Assembly (NCBI GenBank): GCA_965248395.1
Contig: OZ252103.1
Span: 233,396 to 297,395 of the forward strand
Length of the DNA: 64,000 nt
Origin: a bacterium
Lineage (GTDB): Bacteria > JAAXHH01
Reading direction: 5' to 3'
Part shown: in pieces, positions 50,385 to 59,582 of the stretch
Layout: each line of letters starts with the position of its first letter
Position numbering within the stretch: the first letter of the stretch is position 1
The notes under the pieces: generated by a model
The model's database searches: none
Seen by the model: the letters and a program-made list of their open reading frames with translations, nothing else
Told to the model about the DNA's origin: nothing
Made by a program: the position numbers and the translations under genes

Positions 50385-50464
50385 TGCTTCCTCCGGTTAA
50401 CTTCCGTGAATCCTTTGTACCTCCACGCGCAGTTCAGATTACGTGGAACGCGGACTGCATTTGC

Positions 50465-52096
50465 TCAGGCCTCGTCCATGAAAGGATAACACCAGTCCGT
50501 CGGCGGAACCATGGTTTCCTTGATCGTCCGGGCGCTCATCCACCGCAGCAGGTTCATCGGGCTGCCCGCCTTGTCGTTCGTCCCAGACGCCCGCGCCCCG
50601 CCGAAGGGCTGCTGTCCCACGACGGCGCCGGTGGGCTTGTCGTTGATATAGAAATTGCCGGCCGCGTTGCGCAGGAAGTCCGATATGCGGACGATGGCCT
50701 CGCGGTCCCGGGCGAATACGGCGCCGGTCAAGGCATATGGCGAGGTGTCGTCGCACAGCGCGAGGGTCTCGTCCAGCCGCTCGTCGTCGTAAACGTATAT
50801 CGTCAGTACGGGTCCGAAGATCTCTTCTTCCATGGTCCTGAACCGTGGGTTCGACGTCACGATGGTCGTGGGTTCGACAAACCAGCCCCGCTCCCGGTCG
50901 CACCCGCCCCCGGTGATGATCTCGGCATCGTCCGCCGACCGGGCGTATTCGATGTATTCGGCGATCCGGTCGAAGGACGCCTCGTCGATCACGGCCGCCA
51001 TGAAGTTAGTGAAGTCTTCCGGATCGCCCACCCGGATCTTCGCGACTTCCGCGGTGAACCGCTCCCTAAAGATCGGCCACAGGGAACTGGGCACGTACAT
51101 CCGGGAGGCCGCGGAACACTTCTGCCCCTGGTATTCGAAGGCGCCGCGGATCGCCGCTGCGACGAGGGCTTCTACGTCCGCCGAAGCGTGGACGAAGATG
51201 AAATCCTTGCCGCCCGTCTCGCCCACGATGCGGGGGTAGTACTTCATGCGCGCCAGGTTTCCGGCCACGCTGCGGTACATCTGCTGAAACGTGGATGTAG
51301 AACCCGTGAAGTGGATGCCAGCCAGGTCGGGGCTTTTCAGCACCGGATCGCCCACCTCGCCGCCGGAGCCGGGGATGAAGTTGATCACGCCGGGAGGCAG
51401 TCCGGCCTCCTGCAGCAACCGCATGACGTGCCAGGCCGAGTAGACAGCCGTGGATGCCGGTTTCCAGAGTACCGAACAGCCGGTGAGGGCCGGCGCCGTC
51501 GGCAGGTTGCCGCTGATGGCGGTGAAATTGAAGGGGGTTACGGCGAAGACGAATCCCTCCAGGGCCCGGTACTCGACGCGGTTCCAGACACCCGGGGAGG
51601 AGGCCGGCTGGTCGCTCATCAACTGCGCAAGGTAAGAGACGTTGAACCGCCAGAAATCGATCAGTTCGCAGGCCGCATCGATTTCGGCCTGGAATACCGT
51701 CTTGGACTGTCCCAGCATGGTCGCGGTGTTGACCGTCTGGCGCCAGGGTCCGGCGAGGAGATCGGCCGCCTTCATGATAACGGACGCGCGGTGCTCCCAG
51801 GGCATGTCCGCCCACGTCTTGCCGGCCTCGAGAGCCGCGTCGATCGCCATGCGAACTTCGGTCTCGCCCGCCTTGTGGTACACACCCAGGTCGAGGGCGT
51901 GGTCGTGGGGAGCGCGGAGTGGTGCGGTGCGCCCCGTCCTCACCTCCCGGCCGCCGATGATCAACGGGATATCGACGGGCGTTGATTTCATCTGTTGAAG
52001 CGTCGCCTTGACGGCCGCTCGTTCAGCCGATCCGGGCGCATAGTCCAGGACCGGTTCGTTGTAGGGGTGAGGCGGATTGAAGCGTGCGTTGGCCAT
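50465..52096 (-). CDS. pruA: 1-pyrroline-5-carboxylate (L-glutamate gamma-semialdehyde) dehydrogenase
   Basis: ALDH superfamily with the catalytic Cys (GQKCSAASR) and Glu (IVGETGGKD). The PruA/RocA-type N-terminus is MANARFNPPHPYNEPVLDYAPGS. Confidence 0.8.
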   Translation of the reverse strand: MANARFNPPHPYNEPVLDYAPGSAERAAVKATLQQMKSTPVDIPLIIGGREVRTGRTAPLRAPHDHALDLGVYHKAGETEVRMAIDAALEAGKTWADMPWEHRASVIMKAADLLAGPWRQTVNTATMLGQSKTVFQAEIDAACELIDFWRFNVSYLAQLMSDQPASSPGVWNRVEYRALEGFVFAVTPFNFTAISGNLPTAPALTGCSVLWKPASTAVYSAWHVMRLLQEAGLPPGVINFIPGSGGEVGDPVLKSPDLAGIHFTGSTSTFQQMYRSVAGNLARMKYYPRIVGETGGKDFIFVHASADVEALVAAAIRGAFEYQGQKCSAASRMYVPSSLWPIFRERFTAEVAKIRVGDPEDFTNFMAAVIDEASFDRIAEYIEYARSADDAEIITGGGCDRERGWFVEPTTIVTSNPRFRTMEEEIFGPVLTIYVYDDERLDETLALCDDTSPYALTGAVFARDREAIVRISDFLRNAAGNFYINDKPTGAVVGQQPFGGARASGTNDKAGSPMNLLRWMSARTIKETMVPPTDWCYPFMDEA

Positions 52097-52357
52097 GTCG
52101 CATATGTACCCGGCGAGGGGCCGTGATGTCAACAGTTTTCGGACCGCAGACTGTGCTGGCGATTCGTTCTCCGAATGCCGGAAAACCGGCCTTCCGCCGT
52201 GAAACCGAATCATCACGTGCCAGCCCATTTTACCCTTGCCAGAGCGGCCGGGGATATGAGATATTGGAGGTATTCAGGAATAGGAACGCACGATTCAAAG
52301 ACATGCAGGCTGTCGCGGCAGGACGGGACAGCCGCCACCCGTACCGGGGGTAGGATC

Positions 52358-53437
52358 ATGAGCACCAAACAGGAACACGGCATCAAGGCGGTAAACCAGG
52401 AATACACGCAATTTGACCAGGTGAAGAAGGAGCAGACCTACAACCTGGCCGAAGGGGCGGAGGGGGAAGCGTTCGACGAGGAAACACAGATCCGGACCTG
52501 CGACATTGGCCAGTTCCTCCACGGAGGCCCAGAGGGCAAGGCGCGTTTCGCCCGCGAGATCGGCGAGGCCATGGAAGGTATCGGCTTCGTGATCCTCGAG
52601 GGACACGAAATACCGGCCAGCCTTTACGTCGAAGCCGAGCAAAAGGTGGCCGAATTCTTCACGGCCACGCCCTTAACCGACAAGATGAAATACCAGGCCG
52701 AGCGCTTCGGTTCGGTCAACCAGGGGTATTTCCCCATCAAGCAGACCAGCCGAATGCATCCCGATCTCGTCGAAGGCTGGGTCTTCTGCCGCCGGGCCTT
52801 CAACCTGGGTGAAAACCCGGATTACCGCGAGACGGACTTCTGGCCCGCCGCCGGGTACGAGCCCTTCTTTCGGGAGATCATACGAAGCCACGAAAAATTG
52901 ATCCTGCCCCTCATGCAGAGCATCCTGACCTATCTCGGCTGCGACACGACACTTTACGACGATAAACTCACCCGGACGAACTTCGGCTTCCGGCTAAACT
53001 ACTACCCGCCCATTACCGAGGAAGACGACGCGTCCGGCGCGGGACGCATGCTGGGTCATGAAGACGTCGACCTGTTCACCATCCTCCCCTCTCACGGGGT
53101 AGACGGGTTGCAGGTGCTGAACCGGGAGAACATGAAGTGGATCCGCCTCAATCCCCCGGAGGGCAGCATCATCATCAACACGGGCGACTACATGCAGCGG
53201 ATCACCAACGACCGCCTCCCCTCCACCACGCACCGGGTCAGCAAGCCGCTCGACGCCAGTCTCTTCGATTCGGCGCGCATCAGCATACCCATGGCCGTCT
53301 ACGTCTGGGAGGAGGAGATGCTCGAGGTGCTGCCCAACACGGGTGAACCGAAGTACGAACCCATCTCCGCGGTCCAGTTCCATACCCGGACCACGAGCAA
53401 GTACTACGGCGACGACTATGCCGTGGACGACGATTGA
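52358..53437 (+). CDS. 2OG-Fe(II) oxygenase, isopenicillin-N-synthase-like family
   Basis: An N-terminal DIOX_N-like region (GFVILEGHEIP) and the HxD...H triad (GHEDVDLF ... TTHRV). Confidence 0.7.
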   Translation: MSTKQEHGIKAVNQEYTQFDQVKKEQTYNLAEGAEGEAFDEETQIRTCDIGQFLHGGPEGKARFAREIGEAMEGIGFVILEGHEIPASLYVEAEQKVAEFFTATPLTDKMKYQAERFGSVNQGYFPIKQTSRMHPDLVEGWVFCRRAFNLGENPDYRETDFWPAAGYEPFFREIIRSHEKLILPLMQSILTYLGCDTTLYDDKLTRTNFGFRLNYYPPITEEDDASGAGRMLGHEDVDLFTILPSHGVDGLQVLNRENMKWIRLNPPEGSIIINTGDYMQRITNDRLPSTTHRVSKPLDASLFDSARISIPMAVYVWEEEMLEVLPNTGEPKYEPISAVQFHTRTTSKYYGDDYAVDDD

Positions 53438-53463
53438 GACCTTAGCCTGAGAAAGGGCGACGC

Positions 53464-54237
53464 ATGACACCCCAGGAACGCTACCTTTTCGACCTGCAGG
53501 GCTATATCACCGTCCCGGACGCGCTGGACGCCAGGCTGCTCGCCGAATTGAACCGGCTCCTCGATGAGAAAATCGCCCAGGAGATGGACCCCGGCGCGAC
53601 CACACACCGGTTCTCCTTCACGCTGCTCGACTGGGGACTCGCATACCGGGAACTGATCGACAATCCGCGCATCTTGCCGTACCTGGAGCAACTGGTCAAT
53701 CCCAAGTTCCGGCTGGACCACGACTACGCCGATATCATTCGCCGGGACGACGGCCCCATCGGCACGACGCTCCACGGCGGCGCCATCCCCTTCGACCCCC
53801 TCTATTCCTACACCTGCGTCAACCAGGAGATCCGGTGCGGCCTGACCGTGGTCGCATACAACCTGAAGGACGTGAATCCCGGTGACGGCGGCTTCGGCTG
53901 CGTGCCCGGCAGCCACAAGAGCAACTTCAGGTTTCCCGACGAGTGGCGCAACCTGAAGACCGATCAGCCCTTCGTCCGTGCCGTCACAGGAAAGGCGGGG
54001 ACCGCGATTATCTTCACCGAGGCGCTGACCCACGGTACGATGCCCTGGCACGGTGACGAACGCCGAACCGTCTTCTACAAGTATTCGCCCAACTCGGTGT
54101 CCTGGTACGCCCATTACTACGACGCGGACTGGTACGTCGACCTGACGGACCGGCAGCGACAGATCCTCGAGGCTCCCAACGCAAGATACGGGAATCGCGA
54201 GCGGAGCCGACGCGGGATCGGGGTCGGGATGGAGTGA
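53464..54237 (+). CDS. phytanoyl-CoA dioxygenase (PhyH) family Fe(II)/2OG oxygenase
   Basis: LFDLQGYITVPDAL at the N-terminus, LHGGAIPFD and a distal His (LTHGTMPWHG). Confidence 0.7.
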   Translation: MTPQERYLFDLQGYITVPDALDARLLAELNRLLDEKIAQEMDPGATTHRFSFTLLDWGLAYRELIDNPRILPYLEQLVNPKFRLDHDYADIIRRDDGPIGTTLHGGAIPFDPLYSYTCVNQEIRCGLTVVAYNLKDVNPGDGGFGCVPGSHKSNFRFPDEWRNLKTDQPFVRAVTGKAGTAIIFTEALTHGTMPWHGDERRTVFYKYSPNSVSWYAHYYDADWYVDLTDRQRQILEAPNARYGNRERSRRGIGVGME

Positions 54238-54321
54238 AGGCTTAGAATGCCGGCTTCTTATTATCGAATTCTAGACTGTTTCCTACCTGCAACAATACCA
54301 ATTTCGCGTAGTAACTGACAA

Positions 54322-56856
54322 ATGGCCCTGAAGAAGTCCCAACTATACTCCTCAATCTGGCAAAGTTGTGATGAACTTCGCGGTGGCATGGACGCCTCCC
54401 AGTATAAGGATTACGTCCTTACGCTGCTGTTCATGAAGTACGTCTCGGACAAGGCGGCCAAAGACCCGAATATGCTCATCGAAGTGCCCGAGGGCGGGAG
54501 TTTCGCCGATATCGTAAAGCTGGTCGGCGATAAAGAGATCGGCGATAAGATAAACACGGTGATCGCCGCGCTCGCGGAAGCAAACGATCTTGGGGACGTC
54601 ATCGACCAGGCGGATTTCAACGACGAAAAGAAGCTGGGGTCCGGCAAGGAGATGCAGGATAGGCTCTCCAGGCTCGTCGCCATATTCGACGATCTCGATT
54701 TCGGAGCGAACCGGACCGATGGGGATGATCTCCTCGGCGACGCCTACGAGTATCTCATGATGCACTTCGCCACGGAATCCGGCAAGAGCAAGGGACAGTT
54801 CTACACGCCAGCGGAAGTGTCACGAGTCATGGCAAAGGTGGTCGGTATCGGTCCGGACACACGTCAGGATCAGACCATCTACGACCCGACCTGTGGATCC
54901 GGATCACTGCTCCTCAAAGCTGCTGACGAAGCGCCTATTGGCATTACCATCTATGGGCAGGAGAAGGACATCGCCACATGGTCGCTTGCGCGAATGAACC
55001 TGATACTGCACGACCATCCAACGGCATTTATCTGGCGTGAAAACACGCTGGCTGCTCCATACTTCACGGACCAACACGGTATCAAGACCTTCGACTTCGC
55101 AGTCGCCAACCCACCATTCTCCGACAAAGCCTGGTCCAACGGCCTCGATCCGGCTAATGACGAGTTTGGACGTTTCGCCTACGGCATCCCACCTGCCAGG
55201 AACGGCGACTACGCATTCCTTCTTCACCTCATTGCGTCGCTTAACAGCAGGGGCAAAGGCGCGATCATACTGCCGCACGGCGTACTGTTCCGGGGCAACA
55301 GGGAAGCGGACATCCGCAGAAACCTCATCCAACGAGGGTTCATCAAGGGTATCATCGGCCTGCCGTCCAACCTGTTCTACGGCACCGGTATCCCCGCCTG
55401 CATCCTGGTTTTGGACAAGGAAAACGCCCATGCGCGCGGAGGCATCTTCATGATTGACGCGAGCAAGGGCTTTCGCAAGGACGGTAACAAGAACCGCCTG
55501 CGCGAACTGGACCTCCACCGGATCGTCGACGTGTTCAACCGGCAGACCGAGTTGCCGCGTTATTCTCGCCTGGTACCGATCGCCGAGATCGCTAGTCCCG
55601 CTAACGACTACAACCTCAGCATCCCGCGCTACGTCGATTCCAGCGAGCCGGAAGACCTGCACGACCTCGACGCCCATTTGCACGGCGGTATTCCCGACCG
55701 TGATATCGATGCGCTCGACACCTATTGGGATGTCTTCCCGTCGTTGCGCCGAACGTTATTCGTCGGTAACGGCCGCGCGGGATACAGCGAGAGTCTCGTC
55801 GAGATCGGACATGTACAGACCGCCATTCTCGATAACGAGGAATTCAAATCGTACGAAGCCCGAGTTGCGGCCATTCTCAACGATTGGTGCAAGGCACTCG
55901 AGCCAACTTTGAAGGGTCTCAATACTGATGCCATCCCCAAGGAAATCATTCGCACCCTTGCGGAGGGTCTGCTGGCGCGTTTCGCTGACCTGCCGCTGCT
56001 TGACCCGTACGACGTGTACCAGCGGTTGATGGACTATTGGGACGAAACGATGCAGGACGATGTGTACCTTATCGCCGCGGAAGGCTGGCAGGTAGGCCGC
56101 AACCTTCGTTCCTCCTATGACAAGGAAACACCGGATTTCACTATCAAGAAGGGCCGAAAGACTACCAAGTACGTTGGTGAACTAATCCCGCATTCTTTGG
56201 TTCTCGCAAGATTCTTCAAGAACGAACAGCAAGAACTGGAGCAACTCGAGGGGGAAGTTTCCGAATTGGCGGAACGTAAGGAGGAATTCGAAGAGGAACA
56301 TGGTGCCGATGAGGGCGCTCTCAACGGCCTTGAAGGGAAGAGTGGTATTACCAAGGGTAATATACAGCAGCGCGTCATAGAGTTAAAGGAAGCCATTCTA
56401 AAGACTTGTTCCGAAGGAACGCCGAAGCACAATCAGGCAAAGTCCATCAAGAAAACAACCTTTGGCGTTCATGATTGGACCAAGAACGTCCAAGACGAAG
56501 AAGGACTATTCAAGGAGTTGGATATTCTCTACGACTATCTCCAACTCATGGAAGATGAGAAGATCCGGAAGGATACATGCAAGCAGACACGGGACACGCT
56601 ACATACTTCGGTGATCCAGAAGTACGCCACGCTCAACGAAAACGAGATAAAGACACTTGTGGTCGAAGACAAATGGTTTGCCAACATTCGGATCGCCATT
56701 GAGGGCGAGGTGCAGAGCCTGACACTGCGGCTTGCCGGGCGCGTGACAGAACTGGAAGAACGCTATGCCTGTCCGTTGCCGGAGTTGGAGCGGGAGGTTG
56801 AGGTGTTTGGTGCCAAGGTCGAGGGGCACTTGAAACGTATAGAAATTTCGCTATGA
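54322..56856 (+). CDS. hsdM: type I restriction-modification system DNA methyltransferase subunit
   Basis: The HsdM_N region, the SAM motif (DPTCGSGSLL) and the N6-adenine catalytic motif NPPF. It has a long C-terminal coiled-coil-rich extension, and GC is lower than in upstream genes. Confidence 0.85.
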   Translation: MALKKSQLYSSIWQSCDELRGGMDASQYKDYVLTLLFMKYVSDKAAKDPNMLIEVPEGGSFADIVKLVGDKEIGDKINTVIAALAEANDLGDVIDQADFNDEKKLGSGKEMQDRLSRLVAIFDDLDFGANRTDGDDLLGDAYEYLMMHFATESGKSKGQFYTPAEVSRVMAKVVGIGPDTRQDQTIYDPTCGSGSLLLKAADEAPIGITIYGQEKDIATWSLARMNLILHDHPTAFIWRENTLAAPYFTDQHGIKTFDFAVANPPFSDKAWSNGLDPANDEFGRFAYGIPPARNGDYAFLLHLIASLNSRGKGAIILPHGVLFRGNREADIRRNLIQRGFIKGIIGLPSNLFYGTGIPACILVLDKENAHARGGIFMIDASKGFRKDGNKNRLRELDLHRIVDVFNRQTELPRYSRLVPIAEIASPANDYNLSIPRYVDSSEPEDLHDLDAHLHGGIPDRDIDALDTYWDVFPSLRRTLFVGNGRAGYSESLVEIGHVQTAILDNEEFKSYEARVAAILNDWCKALEPTLKGLNTDAIPKEIIRTLAEGLLARFADLPLLDPYDVYQRLMDYWDETMQDDVYLIAAEGWQVGRNLRSSYDKETPDFTIKKGRKTTKYVGELIPHSLVLARFFKNEQQELEQLEGEVSELAERKEEFEEEHGADEGALNGLEGKSGITKGNIQQRVIELKEAILKTCSEGTPKHNQAKSIKKTTFGVHDWTKNVQDEEGLFKELDILYDYLQLMEDEKIRKDTCKQTRDTLHTSVIQKYATLNENEIKTLVVEDKWFANIRIAIEGEVQSLTLRLAGRVTELEERYACPLPELEREVEVFGAKVEGHLKRIEISL

Positions 56857-56965
56857 GAGAGGGTTTTGCACTCTTAGTTGGGTGTGGATATTTCTATTAA
56901 GAAGTACGATATGATAATCGGCCATCTGTTGACAACCTGAAGGTGTGTACGTTGGAGGAACAGAG

Positions 56966-57013
56966 ATGGCAGAACAGATAACCGTTTCGGTTGATCCCGA
57001 AGTAACCAGATGA
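56966..57013 (+). pseudogene. remnant of a ribbon-helix-helix-type antitoxin gene (in-frame TGA after 15 codons, then interrupted by the IS)
   Basis: A GGAGG Shine-Dalgarno then ATG 56966 gives MAEQITVSVDPEVTR-stop, which looks like an RHH N-terminus. The paired toxin remnant is at 58524-58568. Confidence 0.3.
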
Positions 57014-57101
57014 TACCGTTCGGCTTCTTATAATGAGCGTCGCAAGCTGGATTTGCTTGTCATTTTGCGTTTGCTTGGTGCGAATCCGGGAAATCGCTCA
57101 G

Positions 57102-58434
57102 GGGTCTGTCACGGATTTTGTGTAACTGACAGTTTCATGTGATGGGCACTCTGTCTTCGTACATGATGATGAACTGGTTGATTGCGGCTGTCCAGTGGAC
57201 AAGGGGCCGGGTCCACCTTCGGGACAGATTGAGCAGGGCCAGATAGAGCAGTTTCCTGGCCGCCTCGTCCGTGGGGAAAGCGCCTCTGGTCTTGATGATC
57301 TTGCGCAGGCCCCGGTTCATGGATTCGATGGCATTCGTAGTGTAGATGACCTTCCTGATCTCCTGTGGGAAGGCGAAGAACGGGGTCAGATGGTCCCAGT
57401 GTCTGCGCCATAGCCGGCTGATCGTGGGATATTGCTTATCCCAGTGTTCGGCAAAGCGATAAAGCGCGGCCTCAGCCTGCTCCAAGGTAGCGGCCTGGTA
57501 TATCGCCCGGAGATCCTTGGCCACCTGCTTACGGTCCTTCCAGGAGACGTAGGTCAGGCTGTTACGCACCATGTGGACGATGCAGAGCTGCACCTGGGCC
57601 TTGGGGTACACCGTCTCTATGGCCTGGGGGAAGCCGGTGAGGCCGTCGCAACAGGCGATGAAGATATCGGCAACGCCCCGGTTCTTCAGTTCGGTCAGTA
57701 CGTGGAGCCAGAACTTTGCCCCTTCGTTCTGCTCGATCCAGAGCCCCAGGAGTTCCTTGTCGCCGCGCAGGTTAACGCCCAGGGCCAGGTAGACCGCCTT
57801 GTTCCGTACGCTGCCGCTATCACGTATCTTGACGAACAGGGCATCCAGGAACAGGATCGGGTAGATCTCATCCAGGGGCCGCGACTGCCAGGCCAGGGCC
57901 TCGTCGGTCACGGCGTCGGTGATCCGCGAGACCAATTCGGGCGAGATGGACACCCCGTAGAGGTCTTCGATATGGCCCTGGATATCCCGGGTGCTCATGC
58001 CCCTTGCGTACATGGAGATGATCTTGTCGTCGAAGTCGGGCCAACGCGTCTGGTACTTGCGGATCAACTTCGGATCGAAGCTGCCTTCGCGGTCCCGGGG
58101 GATCTCTACCGGCAGAGCGCCCTTGTCGTCCTTGAGCGTCTTGGTGGTCTTGCCGTTGCGACTGTTGCCGCGGTTCCTGCCATCGGGGGCATGCTTCTCG
58201 TAGCCGAGATGATCGGTGAGCTCGGCTTCCAGGATCCGCTCGGCCATGCGCTTCTTCATGCGCTTGAGCAGGCCGTCTTCGCCGAAAAGGTCCTCGGCGT
58301 CCACCCCGTCTTCCATAAGTTCATCGAGAAGACGGTCGATCTTACCTGGGGGTTTTCTTTCTCTGGCCATAGCACTTCCTCCTTTTGAGCAAGATACAGG
58401 CTATTGCCAGTTACACAAAACATGTTACAGACTC
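57102..58434 (-). mobile_element. IS256-family insertion sequence, copy 1 (1333 bp) with 8-bp target-site duplication TCGCTCAG
   Basis: Identical to copy 2 at an offset of 2481 bp. Imperfect ~30-bp terminal inverted repeats (GGGTCTGTCACGGATTTTGTGTAACTGACAG vs GAGTCTGTAACATGTTTTGTGTAACTGGCAA). The direct repeat TCGCTCAG sits at 57094-57101 and 58435-58442. Confidence 0.85.
57135..58370 (-). CDS. IS256-family (Mutator-type) transposase
   Basis: 411 aa with the Mutator/IS256 signature Q-x-C-x-x-H-x-x-R-N (VQLCIVHMVRNS) and DDE-type spacing. Confidence 0.85.
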   Translation of the reverse strand: MARERKPPGKIDRLLDELMEDGVDAEDLFGEDGLLKRMKKRMAERILEAELTDHLGYEKHAPDGRNRGNSRNGKTTKTLKDDKGALPVEIPRDREGSFDPKLIRKYQTRWPDFDDKIISMYARGMSTRDIQGHIEDLYGVSISPELVSRITDAVTDEALAWQSRPLDEIYPILFLDALFVKIRDSGSVRNKAVYLALGVNLRGDKELLGLWIEQNEGAKFWLHVLTELKNRGVADIFIACCDGLTGFPQAIETVYPKAQVQLCIVHMVRNSLTYVSWKDRKQVAKDLRAIYQAATLEQAEAALYRFAEHWDKQYPTISRLWRRHWDHLTPFFAFPQEIRKVIYTTNAIESMNRGLRKIIKTRGAFPTDEAARKLLYLALLNLSRRWTRPLVHWTAAINQFIIMYEDRVPIT

Positions 58435-58523
58435 TCGCTCAGAGACACGGTGCAGGAAATCAGTCGTAGCACGCAACAGCGTAGTCTGACTCCAGAGATA
58501 CTGCAATCCATCCTGGACGAAGC

Positions 58524-58568
58524 ATGACTCGCGTCGTCTTCGATACGAACGTCACTATCAGCGCCTAA
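58524..58568 (+). pseudogene. remnant of a PIN-domain (VapC-like) toxin gene truncated by a premature TAA
   Basis: MTRVVFDTNVTISA-stop is a canonical PIN N-terminus. Its ATG overlaps the upstream stop as ATGA, as in vapBC pairs. Confidence 0.3.
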
Positions 58569-58711
58569 CTCTTCACCGATTCCGTGCCAGGGCGGGCGTT
58601 CATCTGGGCTTTGGGTCACGAAACGATTGAAGATAGATACTGTGCGCAGGAATAGGGTATTACTTGCTCAACTATCGGAACTGCGTTACTGCCTTTCGAA
58701 ACTAGGCGAAT

Positions 58712-59582
58712 GTGATGAATACGAAACGGGAGACTGTGAATAACGCCCCTGGTGATGGATGCCCTGCATTACCTGCCTGTACGCACCCGCAGACTATGCC
58801 CGCGCCGTTGCACGGCACGCAGGCAGACAGGTTGGATGAGGTGCCAGTGGGTTACAAGCGGACTGAGGTGGGGGTGATTCCAGAAGATTGGGACGTAGTG
58901 CTACTCGGCAATCTCTTTATATTCAAGAACGGTTTAAACAAGGCCAAAGGGTTTTTCGGTACGGGAACACCCATAGTCAATTACATGGACGTTTTTAAAA
59001 CCCCCGGGCTTAGAATGGACGATCTATCTGGACGAGTAAACCTGAGTCACGAGGAGATCAAAAACTTCGAGGTCCGGTTGGGTGATGTGTTCTTTACACG
59101 CACATCGGAGACAGTTGAAGACATTGGCGTGGCATCCGTTATGCTCGAAGAACCTTGTGATACCGTATTCAGTGGGTTCGTTCTTCGTGCGCGGGCTCGA
59201 GATGATCGACTTGACGACCACTATAAGCAGTACTGCTTTGGCTCCAGAGCAATCAGGTCCCAGATCGTATCAAATGCGACATACACGACGCGCGCATTGA
59301 CCAATGGTCGATCGCTGTCAGTTGTGTGGGCCACTGTACCCCCGAAACCTGAACAACGTGCTATAGCCGAGGCATTGTCGGATGTAGATGGGTTGCTCGT
59401 TGCTTTGGACGCGCTGATCGCAAAGAAACGGGCCGTAAAGTTGGCTGCAATGGAGCAACTTCTCACTGGAAAGATTCGTCTGCCGGGGTTCAGGGGGAAG
59501 TGGGAGACAACAACGCTTGGAGATATCGCAGAGATATACAATGGAGCAACGCCAAACACTCAGATTAGTGCCTACTGGAACG
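58712..59582 (+). pseudogene. hsdS: type I R-M specificity subunit hsdS, 5' part (target-recognition domain 1), disrupted by the IS insertion
   Basis: EVPVGYKRTEVGVIPEDWDVVLLGNL is the HsdS TRD N-terminal motif. The frame runs into the IS at 59583. After removing the IS and one TSD copy, the frame continues perfectly into 60924-61447 (..ISAYWNG|PIPWCTPTDIT..). Confidence 0.75.

Noticed and set aside
50255-51985. 576-aa plus-strand ORF
   Set aside because: It lies antisense to pruA (P5C dehydrogenase), which has clear ALDH catalytic motifs.
57432-58388. 318-aa plus-strand ORF, duplicated at 59913-60869
   Set aside because: It lies antisense to the IS256 transposase gene in both copies. The transposase frame carries the family signature.
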